From Catajapyx aquilonaris (lineage: Eukaryota), in NCBI GenBank assembly GCA_000934665.2, contig JYFJ02002672.1, positions 1-57,887 of the forward strand: a DNA stretch of 57,887 nucleotides, given 5' to 3'. Below, in pieces: positions 1 to 11,709 of this stretch. Each line of letters starts with the position of its first letter. Positions within the stretch are counted from its first letter, which is position 1. Both the position numbers and the translations under genes were made by a program. The notes under the pieces were generated by a model. It saw only the letters and a list, made by a program, of their open reading frames with translations. It ran no database searches and had not been told where the DNA came from.

Positions 1-189
1 AATTATTATAAGTTATAATTATTATAAATTATAATTATTATAAATTATACCGTAATTATTATAAATATTAATTATTAAGCCCCACTGATAAAGGTACTTT
101 ATACGTACAGAACAGCATGTTAAAACCGGTTAAAACCCTATGTACAATGTAGCAATGGCCAATATCCAACATGATCCAACATTTGAATT

Positions 190-431
190 AGCCGCCAGTT
201 GCGGATACAAAATGGCGGCGCACATATTATAACCGGATAGACCCAACCCTCTTTGCTGCATAAATGTTCCACCTGGCGGGGACCCTCGTAAGCTGTTCCC
301 GTCCGTACGGAAAAGTCGCCGTGACGGAACACGGCTGAAAAAGGTCGAGGTTGGTGTTCCTTCCCAACAGCTGATCGGGCGGACAGGCTCCTCCCACGAC
401 CGAGTCACGTCCGCCCACGGGCCAACTCAAG
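190..431 (+). promoter_or_regulatory. Candidate promoter / non-coding first exon, probably of rdgB
   Basis: CpG-rich stretch in AT-rich flanks, with a YY1/Pho-like AAAATGGCGGCG at 209-220 and a strong donor AAG|GTAAGG at 431/432. No long + strand ORF. The first rdgB coding exon starts with an acceptor (TTTGTCTCCCGTAG at 21541), so an upstream exon must exist. Confidence 0.45.
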
Positions 432-3401
432 GTAAGGACCTGGTCCAGATTTGTGGGACTCTGTTAGTTGCATGTCCTTGGCCACCGAAGAAAGGGATGA
501 TTGTTGAACGGGATGTGGGTTCGGGGAAGCGGGTAGATATGTAATGATATTATGGTACGGTACAGAGGGCAGTGACATAAGCGGGAGATAAGCCGCTTTG
601 ATATTGATGAAACTGTCATTTAATTATTTTTGGTACGGTGCGCATGAAACATGTGCATAGTTTAGTACCGTACTATGCATATTTGTATTTGCCTGCAGTA
701 ACTAACGACAAGTGTGGGCTAACCTTCATTTCTGAGACCTTGCACGTGCGGAGTTAGAAGACTGGAAATTCGCCTAATTAGTTCACCCGATTGAAGGACT
801 TGCAATTAATTTTGATGATCTGCCCTGGCTGTGAGCCAGTAATTGGTTAGTTATTAATTATTACAGTGTCATTCACACAGGCGCTTTCATGCTAGTTGCG
901 ATGTGAAAATCATGAAAATGTCATTTAAGTAAATGTTTACAGAGGTATTTACAATCAAGCAGTGTAAAAACAACTGTTGTCCCAAGACTTACATTCTGTG
1001 TATTGTGCTGCGAAAGCATATGTAAAATGACCGTAATATGATTTATTAACCTATGAGGATAACTGCATCGCTATTTGAAGATGGGAACAATTTCCTGGTC
1101 AATAAAGTAATAAAGCATTGCATGATAATGAGCATCTACTTGCATAATTATAGGTTCACTAGCTATTTTAACATGAGTATGGGTACCTGCTCATGCATTC
1201 AAGGGCACACCAATTACACAGTGATATTTGGAAACAATTTATTCTAACTATGAAAATGGAATTCATTATACTATATTGATTCGGTTCTTTTGTACACACT
1301 GGAAATTGTTCAGAGTACTTACACAATTGTTGCACTATTTTGGTATTCTTTAAGATATAATTTGTGACAAACATTTGAGGGGTGTATAGGTGAGCAAGCT
1401 ACACAATAATTCGAAAGGAAAAAAATACAAGAAAATAAGAGAAAGATGTATTGACCAAGTTGCGAATGGTGTAGGCCTGTAGATGATTTCAATGCATTTA
1501 TTAAAATTGTTGCAATTTGGTTGACCAATGCTCATAGCTTCTGATATTTCCTTAATGTGGTTTCATGCCGAGGAGGAAGCAGTGTAAAAAGTGTTTTGCA
1601 ACATGTTCTACAAGCCTGAGGGTGACATGATCAGTGGGCTCCAGGGCTCACGTTATATGGAGGTATCATTTGGTCTGTGCAGATTGGTTACTGAGACAAG
1701 GGCTTCAAGCAGAGGTGTAAATTATCCTGACAGCTCTTCATCCCTGCAGGTTTGCACATTGAATTTTAAAAAATAGTGTTATAAAATAGTGTTCAGGTTT
1801 AAATTCAACTGCATTATTGTACTGTACTGCACACACCTCTGCCCACCTCTGCCGTAGGATTTGCACAGCAGATTCTATTTTCCCATTTGAATATGAAATT
1901 GCGTGTATTTAAATTGATGAAGCCTATTTATTCTGCTTGATAGGGAGCAAAGAATGTCAGAATCAAATTGTTACAAGTTCCTTTTACTGTGGACTTCAAA
2001 CTGTGAACTTGGGACTTCAGTGTAGTCACTTGGAATTAGTCTCGTGTGTCATCAATGAATGGCCTATGTTGGCCAAATGCCATGATGCTTATTTGTAACT
2101 TACGTATTTATTGAGATAATGATTTCAAATAATTTGTCTTTCACATGCTCTTGTTGTAAACAAATTGACCTATCCATTGACGGTTTCTAGGACCTTCTGT
2201 GGCCATTGAAATGCTTATATGCATGCTCCACTGACCTTTGGATGATTGCCTTCTCATTGAAGTTTGGCCTCCCATTTAATTCACCATTAATCCAAGGTAG
2301 AGGTAGACTGCAGATAAGAGTGCTTCTGGGAGACCGGGTTCCCACAACAGGTAAACACTTACGGTATGAGCAAACGTTATCAACACTTGAATTGCTTCTA
2401 CACTACACATCTGATATCAACTTCAAATTCTCATTAGCTTATTGCTAGAATTGTACCACGCCACAGGGTTTCGTGAGTTTTTATTCAAAGTTTCATTACA
2501 CAAATTGTTGCTTCTCTGGTTAGTTATTCATGTTCAAGTGACTCACCGGATTTTGATATCACTTATCTGCCTTCCTGAATGGCATCTTCCAAATTCTACC
2601 CCCATAGTGGAATGGCTCGTTCATACCGGACTGGAAGCATTTAAATGGCATGGAGAGAGCAGTCTGTAAATGGTATCGTGGGTACCATCATAAGATGTTC
2701 AGAGTCTTCAGGGGGACCGTTTCGCGATATTCCAGCCTATTATAATTGGAGATAAAACTAATACAGCTTATTATAATGTAACTACTATTATAATATAAAA
2801 TAAGTCGCAATCAAGTGTTACGTCATACTGGTGAAATTCGACAAATCTGTGGAACATCAGATCTAAAATAGGTTTTTATGTTCCTTGACGGCGGAAAAAA
2901 TAAATCCATGCAACTGCCATGTTTATTGGAATTTGCTGAATCGCGAAAGTGTCCTTGAAGTCCAACTCCAGCAAGGTAGAGTTTCTAAGAAAAAAGTGGA
3001 ATTGAAAGTTATGGCATGGGCCCCTTTTATTTTTCTGGAACCGAATTTTCTGAGAGATTCACGAGCGCTCTACTTTTTCGGTTGGTAAAACAAACATAGG
3101 TCGACAAGGTACATACGGGCGCAATGTCAGGTTACAGCTGCTTTTAATCTGTCTCGTAATGCACATGGGGGCATGAAATGAAACTGGTGTAATTTGATCG
3201 GCCGTGCTAGACCGCGAAGAAGGCAATCACGGGGTAATATAATGATGCGGTTGATGCCTATAGGTACTGCACATTGGGTATTGATTCTGATTGGTGTGCG
3301 GAAAGTTCGAAGCTATCGGAGTAATAAATACTATCAATATCCAGACCTTAGCCTGGTAGTGAAGCCAAATATTTATTTGAAAATATTTGCGCCATCTGGG
3401 A

Positions 3402-4031
3402 TGTACAGTGTCATACTGCTAGCGACATTTTCTGATGCGGCAGACGTGCAGATCGTAGTGATAGAGTGTGAGCCGTGCGAGTAAGAATAGGTAGGCCTTT
3501 GAGTGACGTCACCGGCTGGGGGGAAATGGAGAAAATGCTTGTCCCCAGCCAGTGACGTCATCAGCTCCCGGACACTTCCACTACAATCTTATCTTATTAT
3601 CGCCTGCCGGGGAGTTTTGCATGAGGTGCTCACCTGAGAGCGCCATGAGACCTTTCACGGAGCTATTATGTGGCGACCCTACCGGACTACCCTGAACTTT
3701 ATAGGTACAAAAGGGAAGCGCTACATTGGGGGACCCACCATGGTCTGGGCATGTTGGGCCCGCATCTAGCGCTTCCTTTTTGTACCTATAAAGTTCAGGG
3801 TAGTCCGGTAGGGTCGCCACATAATAGCTCCGTGAAAGGTCTCATGGCGCTCTCAGGTGAGCACCTCATACAAAACGCCCCGGCAGGCGACAAGAGGTAG
3901 TGTCCAGACCATAATATTCTAAGACCATGGACGTCACCAAAGGCCTACCATTTCTTACTCTCACGGCTCACACTTCGATGTGCACTTTTTCCGCACAGGA
4001 AAATGTCGCTAGCAATATGACTGAATTGTAC
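3402..4031. mobile_element. Foldback/MITE family A, copy 1 (inverted arms, paired TGACGTCA) carrying a nested palindrome
   Basis: Left arm ~3402-3511 (TACAGTG...GCTAGCGACATTTTC...GAGTAAGAA...GTGACGTCA) is an imperfect reverse complement of ~3930-4031. The same sequence recurs at 11028-11709 and 56953-57084. Outer limits are approximate. Confidence 0.75.
3569..3907. mobile_element. Near-perfect palindromic (foldback) element inserted in family A copy 1
   Basis: Arms of ~125 bp (~3598-3723 and ~3767-3891) are almost exact reverse complements, which is why the ORF track shows mirrored ORFs on both strands. Outer GGACACT...AGTGTCC termini. Confidence 0.8.
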
Positions 4032-4853
4032 TGAGGGAACTGCTTAGAACATGTTCATTCACTAGTTTTTATCAATCACATTTGGCACTAGTTGTATAGG
4101 ACCTAGAGGCGTATGTACAGTGTATTTGTTTACAGGGGAGACTGGAATCACTCTGACACTTGGTGGGACAGATTTTGTCACGTCCATTGTTTGCTGTGGC
4201 AGGGAGTGGGAAGGGATACTATTATTTGCCCATGCGATGAATAGGATCTTCCCAAATAGTCGTACTGTATTCAGTAGAGAAAAACCGTACGTCAAATACA
4301 TGTTATATGTAAGACCTGTCATATGGTGATTGATAGGTGTCAATATCCACATATGCGTGACATGTGGACTTGAGGCTTTGGCAAACATCCTACAGGTGGT
4401 GGAAGATGGTGCAGCGACGGCGGCGTCTGTTCCTCCGCGGCGCCACAGTTTGGGGGGTTACCTTTGACATTTCGAGAAGTGAGGCTGGGCTGGCTGAGGG
4501 GAGGCTGGTGGGTGGCGGGGGAGGGAGGAAAAGCCTGGGAAAAGGGGGTAGCGCATGGATGCAGGCTATACGACACGCTGATTTCCCGCTTCCAACCCCC
4601 CCTCCATGTACTCATGGGCATCTCCCCACACCCACCCGACCCCCCCCCCCCTCTTGACGTGTGTGAGAGTGTGGGGGTACCTGCCATCTCGACGTGTGCG
4701 ACGGACTCCGGTGTCTTCAGCGGGGGTTAAATGGCGTGGATCGGAAATTTTAGGGAGAAGTTTTTTTTGGCTTCCTTGATACAGTGAGTTTGGGGGTATT
4801 TTAGAGGGTTATGTCATTTGGGGGGGGGGGATTGCACTTCAAGTGTTGTCGGT

Positions 4854-5052
4854 GCGGTATAAATTGACCTATTGTAGTTTTTGGGTAGTGGTGATTGAGA
4901 AAATTGAAACTGTTTATATTTGTTGTGATTGTGGGACTGAATTTGCTAATACGCAATTTTAGCAAATTCAGTCCCACAATCGCAACAAATATAACCAGTT
5001 TCAATTTTCTCAATCACCACTACCCAAAAACTACAATAGGTCAATATACCGC
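4854..5052. repeat. Long inverted repeat / hairpin with 87-bp arms and a 9-nt loop; probable MITE
   Basis: 4863-4949 is the reverse complement of 4959-5045 with about 2 mismatches. Flanking GCGGTAT/ATACCGC extends the symmetry. Confidence 0.85.
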
Positions 5053-6123
5053 AGCTGGATGTTCGAAATGTTGAATTATTGCATACAATCTTGTAATATG
5101 TAATTTTACCAGTTTTTAAATCAATTTTTATGAGCAAATTCTCTAACATAATGGTTACAAATTTAATAATAATACAAATGTCCTAACATTAGGCCTCATT
5201 AATTGTTCAACTGTAAAGATTAATAAGAAGTCGCTTCCGATGTCATGGTTTGTTACATTTCGCGCGCCAAATACTTGTCAGGGAGTAAGCATAATTAAAC
5301 GTTGATGAAACAAAGTGTATTTTGAGAAACCTCGTTTTATATCCGGGACGATTAGATCTGTTCCGAGAATTTTTAAAAAAAAAATGCTTCTCAGGATTTT
5401 AGCTGGTGTAATAATGTATGCTCGTAATAGCTTCCTAGTGTTACAGATCGATTCTGTAGCGTCAGCCTTGCACTTTTTTTAGAAATAATGTCCTGCAGTT
5501 TTGGAAATGTGCCTTCTGCACTTGTGGTGTAATGCGGAGTTTCGATTTATATCGGATGTGTTGCGGACGCATGCTGAATTTGGAGAGGATTTGTGCGAAT
5601 TCTCTGGTCCAGCGGATTTTCAAAGGGTTGTGCCAAAAGGAAAGGGTTAGGACTTAAAGGGGGAAATTCCAGATTTTTTGGGGATGATTATTATGATGTC
5701 AATTGCATTTTTAAATGAACAATTTAAAACCCGGTATACCGGACGCATTGCGGGAATATGTCGGAGCCTGATAATCTGAAGTGTCCTCAGGGGCTGTTTA
5801 CGCGTATGGCCGATAATCCAATCGGGCAATAGAATTAGGTCCCTCTTGTTGGTTACTATCTTTGACGAGAGCTTGTCACCCAGGCGTGTGTGGCCTCTAG
5901 CGAACCGTCATTCCCATTTGCTTCCTGCTTCACAAGTACTACCCCACAAATACTAGTGATAACTAGGATGGAAATGACATTCTATTTTGAGGGATCCAAG
6001 CTGGTGCAATTTGACATATGGAGAAGGCTTGTCAGGGATTCGAAGGAAATGAAAATGTCCGATGTGGTTTGCTGATTTTGATTTATACCAGGGATCAGGT
6101 AAAACCACTTGTGGTTTGTCATA

Positions 6124-6306
6124 CACTCGTAACCATTTACCTTCTCTAGAGAGGGTAAGAAGCCTCTTTTTTACCCTCTATTTTCTAAGGTAATACATGC
6201 AAAATTTACCTTGGAATCAATTTACCCAAGAATATTTACCCTACAATGTAAGGTAATAAATGGCCACTTTCTTACCCTCTCTAGAGAAGGTAAATGGTTA
6301 AGAGTG
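6124..6306. mobile_element. MITE with CACTC...GAGTG termini and TA flanks (183 bp)
   Basis: TIRs of ~38 bp (CACTCGTAACCATTTACCTTCTCTAGAGAGGGTAAGAA / TTCTTACCCTCTCTAGAGAAGGTAAATGGTTAAGAGTG), TA on both sides, and a repeated internal TTTACC motif. Confidence 0.8.
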
Positions 6307-7135
6307 TATGGTGGCCATAAAAATAAATATTGCAATTCTGAGGGCTTCAACACCTTGATAATTTACTGCCAAAATTTGCTGTGACAATGTTTACGGTCAG
6401 AAAGTATGCGGAACACCCTTTTTTTTGCAGTTTTATTGTTATCGCCTCGAAAATCTGCTCAATGCAATATCAGGTGGGGGTTTTTAATGCAGTGTAATCT
6501 CTTGCTGTATCGATTATTGGTTTTTAAAAGTATTGCATGCATTCCTGTCTGTCATGGTTGGCCAAAATTTACGCTTGTAGTATTGGCGTCAAGATTTGAG
6601 CAGTGTAAATAATTTGTTGAACTATGATGGTCGATGTACAGGCTGTGTTTTTGCCATTTGATAACCCGCAGGTCTTTTCCCACGGGTTATCCCAATTTGG
6701 TCTCTGACGTCATTCATGGGTCAAAGGCTGAACTGTTCCTGTTTGACATTATTTTATGGATCGTTTGCAGTGTTTGTATCTTGTATTTGTTTGCAATTAC
6801 AACCTGCCTATTATAATGGTAATGAGGTCCTTTGTCGGTTTTTGATGTTGGGTCAATATATTTGATAATGTAAATTATAATCGGCTCATTGGCCCGAGGT
6901 CATCGGAAACCCCCCCCCCCCCTTTTTTTTTGAAATGCGGCATATTTAAAAACAGTGAATCATTGGTGCAGTGGTTGGTAGAACCGGTCTGATATTGGGA
7001 ATCCTGCATGGGTATGCAGGAAATGACATGCAACTAGGTTGGAATTGGCTTGTCGCCGGAAGTGATAGATTACTAGAAGCTCCTTTTTGTAGCCACCTTC
7101 CACAAACCGTACGTGTGCAGGTGTATTGCCTATAT

Positions 7136-7491
7136 CAGGGAGAATATACTACATAAGAGGCGCAAGCATTCGATTTCCGCGTCTCTTGTGTTTGGGGCGT
7201 TGCCAAGGCTGGCGGCCATCTTGAAGTGTGGGGAACGCCAACGAGGTATAAATAGGGTACAGGCAAAAATAGGGTCCCCATCTTTGATTCGCGCGTGTTC
7301 TTGCCGTGTAGTTGCCATGGCCGCCAAAACCATCAAAGATGGCGGTCCCTATTTTTGCCTGTACCCTATTTATACCTCGTTGGCGTTCCCCACACTTCAA
7401 GATGGCCGCCAGCCGTGGCCCCAAACAGAGAGACGCGAACATCAAAGGCGTCGACAGAAGTTTGCGCCTCTTATGTAGTATATGCTCCCTG
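7136..7491. mobile_element. Foldback MITE with a 7-bp TSD (P-element/Galileo-like)
   Basis: CAGGGAGAATATACTACATAAGAGGCGCAA...TTGCGCCTCTTATGTAGTATATGCTCCCTG termini. The inverted arms run ~150 bp inward. Perfect flanking duplication CCTATAT at 7129-7135 and 7492-7498. Confidence 0.8.
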
Positions 7492-9354
7492 CCTATATAA
7501 TGTCAGTAAATGAGCGGGATAAAATCGAATGTGCAAAATATAAATATCTGAACAAAGAAAAATTTCAATTTACGTAGTTCCGTAGTAGGGAAATTTTCCT
7601 CCCCATGGTCATCACTATACGTTTTTTTCTCTGGTGGTTTTGTAGTGCATTTTAATAATATCGCTATTCAGTCCCGGATGATATATAACCCACGGAATGG
7701 CGGAATTGTCAGTCAAGCCATAGACCCCCCCCTGGCAGCACCATTTCTCAGTTCCATCTGATCCGACTGCTCAAGCATTCTGTCAGAAATCGAATTTAGG
7801 TGAGACGTGGATGTCCATTTCGCTTGGCAGTCCCCATCTTGAGTCGCGCATATATACGACACAACAGCAAGACTTGAGAGGCCTGGATAATGCGATTTAA
7901 ATGCGTATGTCTACTGTATACTGAGAGAACTCCAAATGGAAACCGAATATTGAAAATTCAATACGATATTGCGAAAATATCGTAACATCGCATGGTTAAT
8001 ACCGTTAAATTTTTTACTCTTGTGCCATCTTTGCGTTATTGCTTACATAGACTAACATTTTTTGAAAGGATGCAAATGAGGTTTAATCCATAATGGATGG
8101 CTGACAGTTTTGTATACGTTACGAAACAATGGCTTTGAACTGATGAAAAGTGGGGCACGTCCTGTTTGTTACAAGCCCCTGGTAACGATGTCACCGGGTG
8201 ATAAACCATCAGAGAGTGGGAGTAAATGAGCTGTAACCTTTTATGTATTGCACACACAACGGCCCTGCCACTGAAAGGCAAATTGGTGCGATTAGAAGGA
8301 ATGTACAAGATGGAGGGCACCATGTGGAGCAGATTGCTCCACCATAAAGTTGGTGCAGAAGCTATTATTGTACACCCTGTCGAGTTCAGTTTGAGAATCT
8401 GTAATTAGTGTTTGAAATATATATATTTTTAAAAGATATTTCACTGGAGATGTTAATGTGCCACGGTTTGTGTGTCGATTTCTAAGCGCGATAGTCATTG
8501 ACTGAAGCGCAGGAGACTTATGAGGGCTTTATGGAAGACCACGCCCGAATACCACATTAATGTGATTTATACGGTAGGCGCTGTATGATTATGGCATTGG
8601 CGGGAATTAGCTTCTCTTCCGCATCGCGTGAGCCAAAATGCTTTACGACGGAATAGTCTCATCAGCGCAGAGCACTCAGATAATTGGCAATGGTCATTCT
8701 AGTGACACATGAAACCCCCCCCCCCCCCGGTATATGATACAGGATAAGGAATTTAAACCAGTGTTAGATGAATTATTGGACAAAATTTGAGACTGAAAAA
8801 AAGGAACAGATATAAATCAGAGGGTTTTGTTAAAATGTTCCGATTTTGACATGGGGCGAAAGCAAAATTAAATCTGCTCCAAGTCCCTTGGAACCGCGCA
8901 GTGTATTACTGTCAACGTGTAGCATTTGTTCAGCAGGGCGCAGGAACGATTTTCCATACGAAAAGGCCATGCCACATCAGGGAGAAGTTCAGGCAGGGTT
9001 CAGCGTATTTCAGCATAACTCAATTTTGTCCAAAATTGACCTCAAAACCGCTGGAAATTTAGCCTCTAGAGGTTAGTGTTAAGGGGGATATATCATGGAC
9101 CTTTTGGTGATGGTGCAGTGCTATACTGTAGAGTCCCTATGGTAGCTTTATTGGGTCTAAAAATGGAATAGAGATTGGGCCTTGCCTTTACCGCAGGTTG
9201 TCGTGGAATAATCTTCATTGCGCAATAGGATCGCGTGCTATGTAAGATATGGCTATCGTTAATCGCCTTATGGAATTGTGGGGTCATTCGATATCAATCA
9301 ACCAGATTATAAGCAATATCCGCCGATTAAAAATCTTACCTTGTTGCGACTTAA

Positions 9355-9760
9355 AGGGACACTCCACTCAAAATACAAGTTGGGTTCTAAAAATCGGGCA
9401 AAAAATCCTGATTCCGAGGGTATGAGCAGTTTTTCTTAGAGACGAACGGTAAGGCCAGTGTGAAAGCTGGAAGTGTGTCGTTCGAAAACCGCGCGCGGGG
9501 CAGGTGGCGACGCCACCAGAGTGGAACCGGGCGGAACTAGACCAGGCGTGCCTGGCGCGGCAGTTGTCACTGTGCGCGCGCTATACTTCTCCGGTTTGCC
9601 GCGGGATGCTGTTGTATCGCCCTTCTTAGCAGACGACGTGTGTAGATATATGATTTTCCCTGTTACCGTTGGGCGTAGAAAAAAACCGATTGCACATTCG
9701 GAATCAGGATTTTTTCCCCGATTTTTGGGGGCCAACTTGTATTTTGAGTGGAGTGTCCCT
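9355..9760. mobile_element. Kolobok-type MITE with TTAA TSD
   Basis: TTAA|AGGGACACTCCACTCAAAATACAAGTTGG ... CCAACTTGTATTTTGAGTGGAGTGTCCCT|TTAA; the imperfect TIR extends ~60 bp. A TTAA TSD with purine (AG) termini fits Kolobok better than piggyBac (CCY termini). Confidence 0.8.
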
Positions 9761-11027
9761 TTAACATCAATTTGTCCTTTGTATGCATGTACACCATGTC
9801 ATATATGTCACACGAATGGGTTGTTCCTTTGAGTGTGTGGGACGCATCAAGAGACGTCCTCATGCATTTGAAGCCTGAGTGTAACGTTGCAACTTTTATG
9901 TCACGGGCGTTCCAGAGAGGGTTCATCATAAAGTTATGTGGGGTATTACTCATTCATGTGGAATACTCGCCTCCAAAAATAAAATTAAGAGGCCTTGAGC
10001 CATTTGTATACGCAGCCATGATTTACTCGGGGGGGGGGGGGGGNGTCTGACATCTGTAATTTGATTTGAGAACCCCCTTTTTCGCTTGGAAGCAACACTG
10101 ATTGCTACCATAGAAAAGGGGGCACCTTTGAGTCTGCTGGTACAACAATAAAAAAATAACGATTTCTGGGGTGACACGTTATTTCCTCTGCCTACACTGT
10201 GAAAGTTGGGAGTCATGACGAAACACCCTGTATATGCCTTTATTTCACTATAGGCTACTGCACATTGATTCTCCATGGAGGACATGTCCTGAGCGCTGAT
10301 TCAAAGTCGAGCTCTTATCAGCCACTGGCAGACACCAACGGCTTCTGAATTTATTTGGGGACAATCCCTGCTTGTTCCCAAGTCCTCCATTTGCAACGTG
10401 TTCTTCGACCCAGAGCAAAATCTGGCCACATTCGGCATAATTTTGCTGACTGGCTTGATTAATATTCTGGGTGCTTCAAAATGCATTGTCGTTGAGGAAC
10501 GTCTGTCTCTGGTACTAGATTGCATAGGGAAAAGACATTTATTCAAGTCTGGTGGACACCCTTACCTTAGCCTTTTCGTGCACAATTAAGTGTGAAGCGC
10601 GGGGGCGGAGGATGAGCACCAATTCATTTACTCCTCAGCGGAAGGAAGGAAGAGGGGGCGCGGCTTAACTAGAAATTCCAAAGAGGGCGGTTTGTCAAGG
10701 GAATTAATTGCTGAACACAACAGCGATATATAAAGGCATCCAGGGTGTTAAAAAGGCGGGCGAGGGGGGGTAAATTAATAAGGGGATTTTACAGGCTGAT
10801 GTAAAGGGATAATCAGGGGGTTTGTTATGTGGTGGGGGTAAGTTGTATAAAACATAGGCCTAGGATTCGCACTTGAGCAAAGTTGCATAATTTATAGCCT
10901 TTAAATTAGCATAAAATGAACTGTATAATCGTTAACGCGAGGTTTCCTTTACTGAAAGACACCCTTAGTACAGCGATTCTTTTGATATTTTAATTGGGTC
11001 GATCAGGTTTAAAGCACGCCTGGCGGA

Positions 11028-11709
11028 TGTACAGTGCTGGACATTAATTCTGTCATGCTGCTAGCGACATATTCCGATGCGGCGGACGTGGAAAGTGATA
11101 GAGTGCGAGCCGTGCGAGTAAGAAATGGTAGCCCTTGGGTGACGTCACCGGTTGCAGGGCAACGGTAGGGCTGTGCGATATTTCGATAAATCGCCTGTCG
11201 ATACGATATTTTCCTAATATCGAAGTTGCGATATCCGACGCTTGGCATGTTCGATGTATCGAATATCGCGATTTTTCGATGTCGGTTTTCGATTTTTTTC
11301 GATGTCGGTTCGATGTCGGTTTTCGATATTTTTCGATGTCGGTTCGATGTCGGTTTTCGATATTTTTCGATGGCGGGTCGATGTCGGTTTTCGTTTTTTT
11401 TCGATGTCGGTTCGATGTTGGTTTTCGATATTTTTCGATGGCGGGTCGATGTCGGTTTCCGATATTTTTCGATGTCGGTTTTTCGATTTTCGATATATCG
11501 ACTTCGATTCGATATTTTTTAAGTATCGAAAGTCGATATGTAATTTCGGATATCGCACAGCCCTCGCAATGGATAAAAGGCTTGTCCCCAGCCAGTGACG
11601 TCACTCAAGGCCTACCTACCTCTTCTTACTCGCACGGCTTCGATTTGCACTTCTGGCGTATCAGAAAATGTCGCAAGCAGTATGACCCGATTAATGTGCA
11701 ACATTGCAC
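11028..11709. mobile_element. Foldback/MITE family A, copy 2, carrying a nested hAT-like element
   Basis: Arms ~11028-11147 and ~11596-11709 are homologous to copy 1, with TGACGTCA at 11140 and 11596. The central spacer is interrupted at 11166-11565. Confidence 0.75.
11166..11565. mobile_element. hAT-like non-autonomous element filled with a TCGA-rich ~34-bp minisatellite
   Basis: TIR TAGGGCTGTGCGATAT...ATATCGCACAGCCCT with a degenerate ~8-bp TSD (GCAACGG / GCAATGG); the uninterrupted copy at ~3522 has the site once. The interior is tandem TCGATGTCGGT(T)TCGATGTCGGTTTTCGATATTTT-like units. Confidence 0.75.

Noticed and set aside
1..78. AT-rich repeat at the window start as an origin or satellite
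   Set aside because: Low-complexity ATTATA-type sequence cut by the window edge; nothing more can be inferred.
3581..3900. Mirror-image ORF pairs (also 7113-7513 and 4801-5149)
   Set aside because: Artefacts of DNA palindromes; no recognisable protein motifs or splice structure.
11166..11565. CRISPR-like array, or a repetitive protein gene from the overlapping 98-198 aa ORFs
   Set aside because: The units are tandem with no unique spacers, no cas genes are present, and the context is eukaryotic. The ORFs are a by-product of a stop-poor minisatellite inside TIRs.
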